A stretch of DNA of 64,000 bases from a bacterium (GTDB taxonomy: Bacteria > Sumerlaeota > Sumerlaeia > MVZB01): the NCBI GenBank assembly GCA_021372575.1, contig JAJFUE010000152.1:1995-65994 (forward strand). Direction: 5' to 3'. This document shows, in pieces, positions 1 to 8,903 of the stretch (the stretch's first letter is position 1; each line of letters begins with the position of its first letter). Made by a program: the position numbers and the translations under genes. The notes beneath the pieces are model-generated. The model saw only the letters and a list, made by a program, of their open reading frames with translations, made no database searches and was not told the origin of the DNA.

Positions 1-525
1 GAGGCGCTGCTCGACCGCTGCGTCGAATACTGCGTGGCCTACGGGACGGCGCTGGCCGGCGCCGGCGCGGACATGCTCAGCACCGGCGACTCGCCCGCGG
101 GCTTGATCGGCCCGGCGCTGTATCGCGAGTGGGGCCTCCCCGGCGAGCAGCGCGTGTTCAAGCGCCTGCATGAGGACACCTCGGCCCTCCTCTCGCTGCA
201 CATTTGCGGCAACTCCACGCAGATCCTGGGCGACATGGCCAAGTCCGGCGCGGACGTGCTCGAGCTCGACCACCTCGTGCCGATGGATCTGGCCTGCCGC
301 GTCGTTCCTCAAAATGTCGCGATCTGGGGCAACCTCGATCCGGTGAGCGTGCTGATGAACGGCACGCCGGGGCAGGTGCGCGAGGCGTCGATCGCCGCGC
401 TCAAGACCTGCGCCCAGGCGGGCCGCAGCCGGTTCGTGCTGAGCTCGGGATGCACGCTTGCACCCGACACGCCCGAGGCCAACGTCCGCGCGCTGATCGA
501 CGTGGCGCGGGAGTATCGGTATTAG
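1..525 (+). CDS. URO-D (uroporphyrinogen decarboxylase / MtaA-CmuA-like methyltransferase) family protein, C-terminal part; 5' end lies outside the window
   Basis: Frame is open from base 1. C-terminal motifs (IWGNLDP...LMNGTP...SGCTLAPDTPEANVRALIDVAREY) are typical of the URO-D fold. Stop at 523-525. Confidence 0.55.
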   Translation, partial: EALLDRCVEYCVAYGTALAGAGADMLSTGDSPAGLIGPALYREWGLPGEQRVFKRLHEDTSALLSLHICGNSTQILGDMAKSGADVLELDHLVPMDLACRVVPQNVAIWGNLDPVSVLMNGTPGQVREASIAALKTCAQAGRSRFVLSSGCTLAPDTPEANVRALIDVAREYRY

Positions 526-555
526 AAATGATGGGTCCTATAAGTCCTATAGGTC

Positions 556-2769
556 CTATTCACAAAACACAGGCTTCACGCCCATTTCGCGCAGCAGGTA
601 GCCGCCGCCATCGACCGCGTCGAGCAGCCATTCCAAATAACGGACATCGGCGTGGATGCCGCGCGTGACGTCGGGCTGGAAGACGAGGTCGCTGCCGACA
701 CCCTCGATGTTGCCGTCGAACACGATGCCGGCGAACTCGCCGGCGGCGTTGAGCGTCGGCGAGCCGGAGTTGCCGTTGGTGATGTCGAGGTCGGTGAGGA
801 AATCGACCGGCACGCCGCCGGCCTTCGCGTCGGCATACGGTCCGAAACGCCGCTCGTTGATCGCCGCAATAAGTTTTTGCGGCGCGTTGTATGGGGCCTC
901 GCCCTTGTTGCGCGCCCATTTTTCGGCCATCTGCCAGACGTTGGTGAACGGGAAACAAACAGGCCTGCCGGCGACCGGGCTGAACCCGCGCACCGTGCCG
1001 AACGTCACGCGAATCGTGCCGTTGGCGTCCGGCGCGATACGGCCGTTGTTGAATTCGCTCAGCGCCTCGAAATATAGCGGCCGCAGGAAAAGCATCGCGC
1101 CCGCCGCGCGCTTGGAACGATCTTCTTCGGCCTTGATGACGGGCAGGGCCTTGAGCGCAAATTGGATCATCGGGTCCTTTGATTTCTTCAGCGCGGCGGT
1201 GTCGGCCGCGCGGATGAGCTTGAGCCGCGTATTCAGGTTGGCGAGCCCGGTCTTGTCGTAAAGCCCGGCGACGCGGGCGTGAATGGCGTCGGCCGTCGCG
1301 GGGCCGGCGCCCATGATGTCGTTGAAAATCGCGGGGCGCTGGTCGGCCGGAAGCTTCGCCGCCTCGCGCAGGAAAAATTCGAACACCGCCTCGTCGATCC
1401 TGCGGTCGTAGTCTTTCTGGTTGCGCTCCTGGGCCTGTTCGATGCGCTGCCAGTCGCGCTGCTGAAGGCCGGGCTCGCGCTCAAGGTCGGGCTTGGGGCG
1501 CTCCTCGGCGAGGCGCGCAATCGTGATCGCCGCCGACAGCAGGCTCGAGCCGCCGATGATGTTGCCGAACGCAAGCCGCGTCTCGCGGCCCTGTTCGTGC
1601 TCCTTGACGATTTCGTCGATTTCCTCCACGACGCCGCCGTATTTTTGTTCGCGCTCCGGCGTGGCCGCGATCCAGTCGATCAGCTTTTTTTCGTCGGCGG
1701 CCTTCTTTTGCTCGAGGCCGCTCGTTCGCGCCGCCTCAAGCATCCCCCCGCGTTTCTTGTTGCGGTTTTCGAGGCCGAACAGCATGCCCGAGGCCTTGAT
1801 CGCAAGCGCTTCGTCGCCATCGACGGTCTTGCGCACGAGGTCAATCTGCCGCTGCGCCTGATCGAGCTGGCGCGGCATTTCCCATCCGACGAACTGGCTC
1901 ATTTCATAGGCGGTCATGAGGCGCATCGTGCGGCCGGGATAACCGATGACCATCGCCAGATCGCCCTCCTGAATGCCTTTTGGGGCGAGGCGGAAATATG
2001 ACTTGGGCTTGTAGGGGACGTTCTTTTTGCTGTAGTCGGCGGGCTTGCCGTCGCGGCCGACGTAAGCGCGCACGAGGCCGAAATCGCCGTCGTGGCGCGG
2101 CCACATCCAGTTGTCGATCTCGCCGCCGAAGAAACCGATCCCTTCGTGCGGCGCCCACACGAGCCGCACGTCGCGCAGCTCGAGCCGCGTGATCAGGTAA
2201 TATTTCGCGCCGCCGTAAAACGTGACGACCTCGCAGCGCGTGCCGGGCGCGGCGGCCTCGGCCTCCTTCACGATTTCCTTCTGGCGCTTCGTGGCGGTCT
2301 TGAAGCGCTCGAGGTCGTCGGCAACATCCTTGAGCCCGCCGAGCACGCGATCGGTGACGTCCGTGACCGCGGTCGTGACAAAAACACGCGCGGTCGGCCC
2401 GCACGGAAGCTCCTCCTTGCGCGATCGCGCCAGATAGCCATCGACGACGAGGTTGCGCCCTTCCTTCGAGTTGTATTGCAGGTAACCGCGCACGCAGTGG
2501 TGATTCGTGATGCACAGGCCATCGGGCGAAACGAACGACGCCGACGCCCCGCCGAGGCTCACGACGGCATTGAGCGGAAAGGCGAGCATGTCGCCGAAGT
2601 TTTGCGGGTCGAACTTGAGGCCCATTTTCCTGAGCGTGTCGGCATGCACATCAGCGATCTGCTGCGGCATCCACATCCCGCCTGGCTGATACGCGAGCTC
2701 CCCGGCGGACGCGGAGACGGCGAGAAAAACAAATCCAACGAGCAGGGCGGCAATTCGGATCGATTTCAT
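556..2769 (-). CDS. Peptidase family S46 dipeptidyl-peptidase (DPP7/DPP11-like), secreted
   Basis: ATG at 2769 gives MKSIRIAALLVGFVFLAVSASA, a signal peptide. GGASASFVSPDGLCITNHHC near the N-terminus and GNSGSP near the C-terminus are S46 hallmarks. The long ORF upstream of this Met is the translated 5' leader. Confidence 0.8.
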   Translation of the reverse strand: MKSIRIAALLVGFVFLAVSASAGELAYQPGGMWMPQQIADVHADTLRKMGLKFDPQNFGDMLAFPLNAVVSLGGASASFVSPDGLCITNHHCVRGYLQYNSKEGRNLVVDGYLARSRKEELPCGPTARVFVTTAVTDVTDRVLGGLKDVADDLERFKTATKRQKEIVKEAEAAAPGTRCEVVTFYGGAKYYLITRLELRDVRLVWAPHEGIGFFGGEIDNWMWPRHDGDFGLVRAYVGRDGKPADYSKKNVPYKPKSYFRLAPKGIQEGDLAMVIGYPGRTMRLMTAYEMSQFVGWEMPRQLDQAQRQIDLVRKTVDGDEALAIKASGMLFGLENRNKKRGGMLEAARTSGLEQKKAADEKKLIDWIAATPEREQKYGGVVEEIDEIVKEHEQGRETRLAFGNIIGGSSLLSAAITIARLAEERPKPDLEREPGLQQRDWQRIEQAQERNQKDYDRRIDEAVFEFFLREAAKLPADQRPAIFNDIMGAGPATADAIHARVAGLYDKTGLANLNTRLKLIRAADTAALKKSKDPMIQFALKALPVIKAEEDRSKRAAGAMLFLRPLYFEALSEFNNGRIAPDANGTIRVTFGTVRGFSPVAGRPVCFPFTNVWQMAEKWARNKGEAPYNAPQKLIAAINERRFGPYADAKAGGVPVDFLTDLDITNGNSGSPTLNAAGEFAGIVFDGNIEGVGSDLVFQPDVTRGIHADVRYLEWLLDAVDGGGYLLREMGVKPVFCE

Positions 2770-2893
2770 TTTCGCAACTCCCAGAATGAGTCGGACGCAA
2801 ACATCACAGGTTTGGCGCAAGAATACTGATTGCGAACGGAATTCCCAATTAGAAAAAGCGGACACAACCAAAGATCCGGAAACAAAATGCAGG

Positions 2894-2935
2894 TCACGAA
2901 ATTCACGAAAGAAGACACGAAAGGCCACGAAAATC
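2894..2935 (-). promoter_or_regulatory. Four direct TTCGTG(A) repeats at roughly 10-12 bp spacing, 125-165 bp upstream of the S46 peptidase start; candidate response-regulator or operator site
   Basis: Plus strand reads tcacgaaattcacgaaagaagacacgaaaggccacgaaaatc. The same TTCGTGAATTTCGTGA core is found upstream of the GH20 gene at 39368-39386. Confidence 0.35.
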
Positions 2936-3322
2936 AAAAACCCAATCTTGTCGCGGAGACGCAGAGTTTGGCAAAGAAGCAGGGTGATCAAAAACGAACA
3001 GGAGGTAACGGAGGAAACGGAGAATGATTTCATAAAATCTCTGTTGCCTCCGTTGCCACCCGTTCAAAAATTTCCTGTTCATACGGGTGGAGCACCGCCT
3101 GACGCGTGAAATGATAATCGAGAAGATTGAAAAAAGGAATTCCCATAGCACCCCTTATGGCCCTTAGGAAACTTAATCTGAAAAAAGTGAAAATTTAGAA
3201 CGGAATCCCCACGGCGGCAAACTTGCGGAAATACAATAAGTCAAACGGCCCTGATATTTCGGGTTCCACGCAAGGATCATGAATTGTTAACGCAATTCCC
3301 AATTGGAATTATAATCAGAAAT

Positions 3323-5233
3323 TTAATAGCCGGTTCCCGACATCCTGTTGCTTCTGTCCGGGATCATTTTGATGTCGAGCGTGACGGTGGTTTCGTCGGG
3401 TTTGACGAGGCGCGATTCAAACGTTTTGTAGCCGGGCGCGATGAACTTATAACGGCGCAGGCTGTCGTCGAGGATGCGGTGCCGGAAGACGCCGCCCATG
3501 CGGTCGATGAGAGGCCCATGCGCGTAAGCCCAGGCCAGGTCACCGGAATTATCGTTATGAATTTCGGCGATGTTGACCTGAAAGGAATCGATCGGCTTGC
3601 CGGTTTGCGCGTCGGTGACGCTGGCCGTGACGTCCGTGTAAGGCTCGAGCGTAAACGTGTGCGTCACTTCGTTGGAAGCCTTGATCGCGACGTGCCTCGA
3701 CCGGTAGCCGGGCAGCATGATCCAATATTTTGTCTCGCGATCGGTGATTGAATCGCGGACCAGATAACCATTCTGATCCGTCTTGGCCCGGTCGCGGAAT
3801 TTGTCTCCGTCCGGGAACCGCATGAAATGAGAGATCGGCGGGTTGCCCGGCGAATCCACCGTGTCCGCAACGCCGACCTCGGCATTCGCAATGCCGCGTC
3901 CCTGCTGATCGACGACGCGAATGCGAAGCGTGTGGCCCGGTGACATTCTGAACTCAACCGGCGGATTGCCGGCGCGGATGCTCTTGAGCCACTGGAACGA
4001 CGGGGCAAAACCTTTCGCATATGCCGTCATGTAGATTTCGTGTTCGGTTTCGACCGCGTGCGCAAATCGAAACTCGCCCCTGGCGTCCGTCCTGAAGCCG
4101 GCAAAGCCGGGGAGCATGACCTGCGCGTTTTCAATCGGCGCGCCGGATTCATCGATAACATGCCCCTTGAGCTCGACGCCTGTTTTGACGACACATTGAG
4201 CATTCTGCGCCAGCAGCTCCGATTCCGTCGGCATGGCGTGGCCGAAAGCATAATCGGGGTGAGCGGCCGCGAGGCCGTCGAGATGATACCAGCGCGGGAA
4301 CTCGTCGAAATGCCAGCGGCCATCCGCGCCGGTCTCGGCGTAAAACGTGCCGCCGCCTTTCACCGCGTTTTCACCCGCGCGCGCGTCTTCGCCGCGGATG
4401 TAAAGCCGAACCTTCGCGCCGCTGACGGGCTCGTCTTTTTCGTTCACCACGCGACCGCCGATCCTGACGCCGCGATTCATCTTCACGGTGAACCGGCTGG
4501 GAATTGGATCTTCTCCAAACGTATTGCGCCACTCGCCGTCCATCTGAACATGGCCGGCGGCATGAACTTCGAACGAAAACCGATAATTCCCGGGCGGCAA
4601 AACGAGCCGGTATTTTCCGTTGCCGATGTGGGCGGCGGGCCGTTGGTCCCAATCGGCGTAGGCCTTGAATTCGGCGTTCGTGATCGGCTTGCCGGTGGAC
4701 GCATCGATCACCTCAATCGTCATCGTGCGCGTGGTGCTGTTTTCGATCGGGCTCGCGACGGGAGCCGGCGTGTTGGAGATCCGTTTTTCAGGCGGCGGCT
4801 TGCGCGCGGTTGTTTGTGTGGTCGTGGCGGTCACCGGGCTCGGGAACAGCTCGATGTTTTCGATCTGCGAGCGATTCAGACTGAAGGCCACTAAGCCGCG
4901 CTGGTGCACGCGGACCACTTCGCCCTTGACCCACGCCTCGCAGTCCTGAATGACGTGCCCGTTCTTTAGGTGGATCGTGACGCGGCCGATTTTGTGGACG
5001 GCATCTTTTTCGGGGGCTTTCTCGAGCGCTTGGAAAAGCGCTTCGTCCGGCTGGTCTGGTGGCTCGCCGACAATCGTCGCGGCGCCGGCAGTCGATACCG
5101 AAATAATCAATGCGACGAAGGTGAATACCGCGGTCAAGCGCTTCACGGCCCCATCCCCTTTCGGCGACAAGAAACGTGCCCGCCGCTGTTGCCGGTTACC
5201 AGATGATATAGTCCGGAATCGGCGAATTGCCAA
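3323..5233 (-). CDS. Secreted hypothetical protein with repeated beta-sandwich (carboxypeptidase-regulatory-like) modules
   Basis: 636-aa ORF. Hydrophobic signal-like segment VKRLTAVFTFVALIISVSTAGA (possible GTG start near 5146). Repeated 'D(A/V)xTGKPI' modules typical of CarboxypepD_reg-like domains. Confidence 0.5.
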   Translation of the reverse strand: MAIRRFRTISSGNRQQRRARFLSPKGDGAVKRLTAVFTFVALIISVSTAGAATIVGEPPDQPDEALFQALEKAPEKDAVHKIGRVTIHLKNGHVIQDCEAWVKGEVVRVHQRGLVAFSLNRSQIENIELFPSPVTATTTQTTARKPPPEKRISNTPAPVASPIENSTTRTMTIEVIDASTGKPITNAEFKAYADWDQRPAAHIGNGKYRLVLPPGNYRFSFEVHAAGHVQMDGEWRNTFGEDPIPSRFTVKMNRGVRIGGRVVNEKDEPVSGAKVRLYIRGEDARAGENAVKGGGTFYAETGADGRWHFDEFPRWYHLDGLAAAHPDYAFGHAMPTESELLAQNAQCVVKTGVELKGHVIDESGAPIENAQVMLPGFAGFRTDARGEFRFAHAVETEHEIYMTAYAKGFAPSFQWLKSIRAGNPPVEFRMSPGHTLRIRVVDQQGRGIANAEVGVADTVDSPGNPPISHFMRFPDGDKFRDRAKTDQNGYLVRDSITDRETKYWIMLPGYRSRHVAIKASNEVTHTFTLEPYTDVTASVTDAQTGKPIDSFQVNIAEIHNDNSGDLAWAYAHGPLIDRMGGVFRHRILDDSLRRYKFIAPGYKTFESRLVKPDETTVTLDIKMIPDRSNRMSGTGY

Positions 5234-5250
5234 TTTTGACGGGGCGGTGC

Positions 5251-5973
5251 CTAATTGCGGCCGGCCGCTGGGCCCTCGCCCGCCTCACGCCACGCGACCG
5301 CGAGCGCCTCGTCCACATCCTCGAGCGTACGGAACGGGATGAACGGGCGGCCTTCCTTCTCTAGGCATGCGGCCAGCGCCGACTTGGCGAACACAACGTC
5401 CGACCGGCGCGCGCCGCACACGTCGCTGCGGCCGTCGCCGATGTAAATGCTGCGCCGCCCCGGCAGTCCCAGCGCCTGCATCGAGCCGCACTTGCAGTGG
5501 GCGGCGTCCGCCTCACATTCGGGGTTGCGGTACGGGCAGACCAGCTCCATCCGGTCGCCATGCCGCCTGATGGTGTTCGCCCGGACGCAGACGTTCCGGA
5601 TCCCCGCGCGCGCAAGCAGGCGGCTGATGAACCAATCGACCCCGTCGCTCAGGATCGTGACCGGAACCTGCCAGGCCGCAAGCCGCCCGAACAGCGCCGC
5701 CGCCCCCGGGTCGAGCCGTCCGCCGTCGAGACACGCGTTCAGGTCCTCGTCGGAAATCCGGATTAAATCGAAGATTCCCCGCAAGCATTCGAGCGAACCG
5801 ATCCGGCCCGCATGCCACGCCGCCTCGATCGCCCGCCACGAGTCATCGACGGCGTAGCGCTCAACCAGCTCGTCGATCATATCCCACTCGGTAATGGTGC
5901 CGTCGAAATCGATCCAGACCTGGGCCTGGCGCCGGGGCGGGATCAGGCCCGCATGCTTCGTTTCGGAATTCAT
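5251..5973 (-). CDS. HAD-IB family hydrolase, MtnX (2-hydroxy-3-keto-5-methylthiopentenyl-1-phosphate phosphatase)-like
   Basis: HAD motif I WIDFDGTIT. C-terminal ...YIGDGRSDVC... motif. Cys-rich insert (CPYRNPECEADAAHCKCG) as in MtnX-like enzymes. Confidence 0.5.
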   Translation of the reverse strand: MNSETKHAGLIPPRRQAQVWIDFDGTITEWDMIDELVERYAVDDSWRAIEAAWHAGRIGSLECLRGIFDLIRISDEDLNACLDGGRLDPGAAALFGRLAAWQVPVTILSDGVDWFISRLLARAGIRNVCVRANTIRRHGDRMELVCPYRNPECEADAAHCKCGSMQALGLPGRRSIYIGDGRSDVCGARRSDVVFAKSALAACLEKEGRPFIPFRTLEDVDEALAVAWREAGEGPAAGRN

Positions 5974-6241
5974 CTGACCGCTTTTCGCCTCGATGGATCA
6001 TGGCGCAGCGCATGGAGCCCGTGCGCACGGATTCCAACCATGATACGCGTTGCGATTGAACCTGTCAGCAGTTCGCTGAGGCACTGGACCAGCAAATGGA
6101 TGTCTTCCGCCGCCGGGTAGTCGAATCGCTGAACGAAGCCATCGTAAAGGCCCACAAACCAATGCAGGAACCGAAGATTTTGGATATTTTTGAACCGGAG
6201 AAGGCGGTGGCTGTAGAAACGGGGCCTGCTGGCTGACCAGC

Positions 6242-6282
6242 AAAAACCCCAAGTCGTCTAAAATCAGCGACTTGGGGTTTTT
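6242..6282. terminator. Bidirectional rho-independent terminator immediately outside the tRNA-Lys 3' fragment
   Basis: aaaaaCCCCAAGTCG-tctaaaatcag-CGACTTGGGGttttt: a perfect 10-bp stem flanked by A5 and T5. Confidence 0.7.
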
Positions 6283-6288
6283 GAAACT

Positions 6289-6333
6289 TGGTAGGTCATG
6301 TAGGACTCGAACCTACAACCAACAGATTAAGAG
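6289..6333 (-). repeat. Partial tRNA-Lys copy (anticodon loop through the 3' end, about 45 nt); att-like direct repeat marking the distal end of the island
   Basis: The reverse complement reads CTCTTAATCTGTTGGTTGTAGGTTCGAGTCCTACATGACCTACCA. This is near-identical to the 3' half of the intact tRNA at 10316-10391. Confidence 0.8.
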
Positions 6334-6473
6334 CGCCCCGCCGCAACTCATAAAGTATAGATAAATCATAAATGCGCGAAAGCCAAGCGTGGGTTTTGTG
6401 TGGGTTCTTGATTTTCGGCGGACTCATGTTGCTCGGCTTCCCCTGATTTGGATTGTCATGCAACCCGAACCCT

Positions 6474-6899
6474 TTACCATAGACGCGCGCCGTTCCCACT
6501 CTTTTTGCCCAAGCTTGCACCAAATACCTGCAAAGTTCTTTGATGCAAGTACCGCTGAACATAAGAATTGATCGTGCCATCGGGGTATAAAATACGGCTT
6601 GCAATTAATGCATCCAATGCTTTTCCGGTGCGTGATCCCGCTCCGGGAATTCTCGCCAGAAGGTCGTCACGCGAATACGTGACTTTAGACCAAAGCCAAG
6701 CCCATCGGGCTTCATCGCCGGTTGCCTTGCATGTTTTTGGATTTCCCACACGCTTTATTTCCACGCCTGCCCAACACAAAATAATTCGAATAAGCGCGGC
6801 GTTGCCGACAACCATGAGGACTGATTCAGGTTGTTCGCCACTTTTGAACTGCTCAAGAATGCGATCGAATACAGGTTGTCTCACGATGTCCTCTTTCAT
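6474..6899 (-). CDS. Hypothetical protein (island cargo)
   Basis: ORF of 141-146 aa. The start at 6899 overlaps the upstream stop by 4 nt (ATGA-type coupling). No recognisable motifs. Confidence 0.4.
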   Translation of the reverse strand: MKEDIVRQPVFDRILEQFKSGEQPESVLMVVGNAALIRIILCWAGVEIKRVGNPKTCKATGDEARWAWLWSKVTYSRDDLLARIPGAGSRTGKALDALIASRILYPDGTINSYVQRYLHQRTLQVFGASLGKKSGNGARLW

Positions 6900-8080
6900 A
6901 ACACGCAATTGCATTGGCCGATATTCTGACTCACTCCAACATCTTTCCAGACTTCGACTGTTTCAAGACAAAGAGCAACGTGGAGATCACGCCGAAAACT
7001 TTTTGCGGCGGCGATGAGATGGCGATAAATCTCGACCCTTTTCTGATGTGAATACCGGATTCGTCCATCGCCAGTCGCTCTTTCGTGGAGATGGGCGGCA
7101 ATCGTATTATCTTTTCCAAGAAATTCGTTCATCAGCCTCATGGCGCGCTGATACATGCAGATTCCGCCGAACGTCAGACGATCAAGAGGAACTTCCTTGA
7201 TCAGGTCCCTGAGAAAATCGTGATATAGATCACGCCATCCGTCCTGAAGGATGACGGGCATGATTACGGCACGAACTGGGTAGCCTCGATCGGAACACTT
7301 TTTCATCGCTACAATTCGTCTCTCAACGGAAGGAACGTTGGTCTCGTGTCGGTTGGCGATCCCAGGTGGATTCAGGCTCCAGGACAGGATGGTATGTCCG
7401 TTATGATCGAGGTCGATGTATCGCTCGATTCGATCGGACTTTGTCAAGATGGTTTGCCGCGCATATGGATGACCGGCGAAATAAGGAACCAAAACGGTTG
7501 AATAGGCGGTTAACGGATCCAGCGCGATACCGTCTTGCAGCTTGCCTGAATAAAATGCAGTCGGTCGATTGAAACCACCGGCTACACGATCAATCCTTTC
7601 GATGATTTCGGGTAGATTGACAAAGATTTTAACCGTGGGTAAAAACCATACGCCCTGCGTGCCAGCAAGGTAACAATACCGGCATCCATACGGACAAAAT
7701 CCATAGACAGAAAAATGCCAGTAGTTCGGGCACGCGTTGTTTTCCTCCTCGCTAAACCTTACCGAGTCGTTTAATTCTCCAAAGACGAGTGTACGCTTAC
7801 CTTCATGGTGAAGTTCGGAAGGCGATTTCGAATTGAGTTCGATTTTATTGTGCGGCACATCCATTCGATCGATGATTTGGGCGGAAGGATACAAACCACA
7901 GATGCGCTCGACAAAACGTTTGCGAGCGGCGGTCGCCACGCTGCCCTTGCTCAGAACGATCGTCTTCACATCGAATTCATGAATTGATTGCGGAGTATAG
8001 TCCATGGGCAAACCCCAGGGCTTACCGTTGGAATCGGCTTCCGGATCGCAGCCGGGATGAAATAAATCCATTTGTCCCAT
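6896..8080 (-). CDS. Spore photoproduct lyase (SplB)-family radical SAM protein (COG1533 DNA-repair photolyase-like)
   Basis: CPYGCRYCYLAGTQG (CxxxCxxC) followed by ...TVKIFVNLPEII... aligns with B. subtilis SplB CMGHCHYCYLQ...YIRTYVNVEEIL. GYPVRAVIMPVILQDGWRDLYHDFLRDL matches SplB GYPLGFIVAPIYIHEGWEEGYRHLFEKL. Start taken at ATG 8080; the ORF is open to 8188. Confidence 0.7.
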   Translation of the reverse strand: MGQMDLFHPGCDPEADSNGKPWGLPMDYTPQSIHEFDVKTIVLSKGSVATAARKRFVERICGLYPSAQIIDRMDVPHNKIELNSKSPSELHHEGKRTLVFGELNDSVRFSEEENNACPNYWHFSVYGFCPYGCRYCYLAGTQGVWFLPTVKIFVNLPEIIERIDRVAGGFNRPTAFYSGKLQDGIALDPLTAYSTVLVPYFAGHPYARQTILTKSDRIERYIDLDHNGHTILSWSLNPPGIANRHETNVPSVERRIVAMKKCSDRGYPVRAVIMPVILQDGWRDLYHDFLRDLIKEVPLDRLTFGGICMYQRAMRLMNEFLGKDNTIAAHLHERATGDGRIRYSHQKRVEIYRHLIAAAKSFRRDLHVALCLETVEVWKDVGVSQNIGQCNCVL

Positions 8081-8090
8081 GTCAATACCT

Positions 8091-8903
8091 TCAACTGCGC
8101 TTCGTGGTTCGTGTGCGCTGTGCGCGCTTTCCGGTAAGAATCTCCCATCTACGCGCGATCGTATCACAATATGCCGGTTGCTTTTCAATCAGGATGGCCG
8201 TTCGGCCGGTTTTCTCTGCAGCAATCAATGTGGTTCCGGAACCGCCGAACGGATCGATCACGATTCCCTCGGAATCGGAATATGCAAGCAGGGTGCGATA
8301 CGGAATTTCCACAGGGCAGACGGCCGGGTGACCATAATCCTTTATTTGATTTGATACGGCCGGAATCTGCCAGATATCCGAATTGAACTGCCACATGTAT
8401 TTGGCACCATCGGAACTCATTTTCTTCATTTTGCCTGGCTTCTTGTAAATAAGCAGCGCCTCCCATTGAGAAGCCGGGAGATATAATTGGTTCCGTACGA
8501 TATGGGTGCATCTGGGAATCTGGTAATTAGGGCCGGTCTTAGCCCAAATAATCATGTCTTGGAACTGAAAACCGGCTTCTTCCAGTATTGAACAATGATG
8601 TGCGACATGGGCATGTTTTGTTGAATAGCCGTTGGCTATGTTCCATGCAACGATGCCGCCTTTATCGAGGACGGCGTGACAATTCCCTGCGATCTTCCGC
8701 ATATCAGTGAGGTAGTCGTCATACCTGCCCCAATGTGAATACTTCCTCTGATTAAAATATGGCGGACCGGCGAAAACATGACCAACGGGAATGCCGTCGA
8801 TCGCCTTTTTAAACGTTGACTGAAGACAAGAATCTCCGCATAGAACTCGATGTCGCCCAAGAATCAGAACGTCACCCGGTTTTGTTTTGGCATTACTTGG
8901 CAC
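8091..8903 (-). CDS. DNA methyltransferase, N6-adenine/N4-cytosine family (beta-class, N6_N4_Mtase)
   Basis: RHRVLCGDS near the N-terminus, GPPY (DPPY-like motif IV) and DPFGGSGTT (motif I, FxGxG) near the C-terminus. This is the circularly permuted order typical of beta-class MTases. Confidence 0.75.
   Translation of the reverse strand: MPSNAKTKPGDVLILGRHRVLCGDSCLQSTFKKAIDGIPVGHVFAGPPYFNQRKYSHWGRYDDYLTDMRKIAGNCHAVLDKGGIVAWNIANGYSTKHAHVAHHCSILEEAGFQFQDMIIWAKTGPNYQIPRCTHIVRNQLYLPASQWEALLIYKKPGKMKKMSSDGAKYMWQFNSDIWQIPAVSNQIKDYGHPAVCPVEIPYRTLLAYSDSEGIVIDPFGGSGTTLIAAEKTGRTAILIEKQPAYCDTIARRWEILTGKRAQRTRTTKRS

Noticed and set aside
556-3033. Full 825-aa extent of the S46 ORF
   Set aside because: The first 88 codons are AT-rich 5' leader translated through. 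A canonical signal peptide begins at the internal Met (2769).
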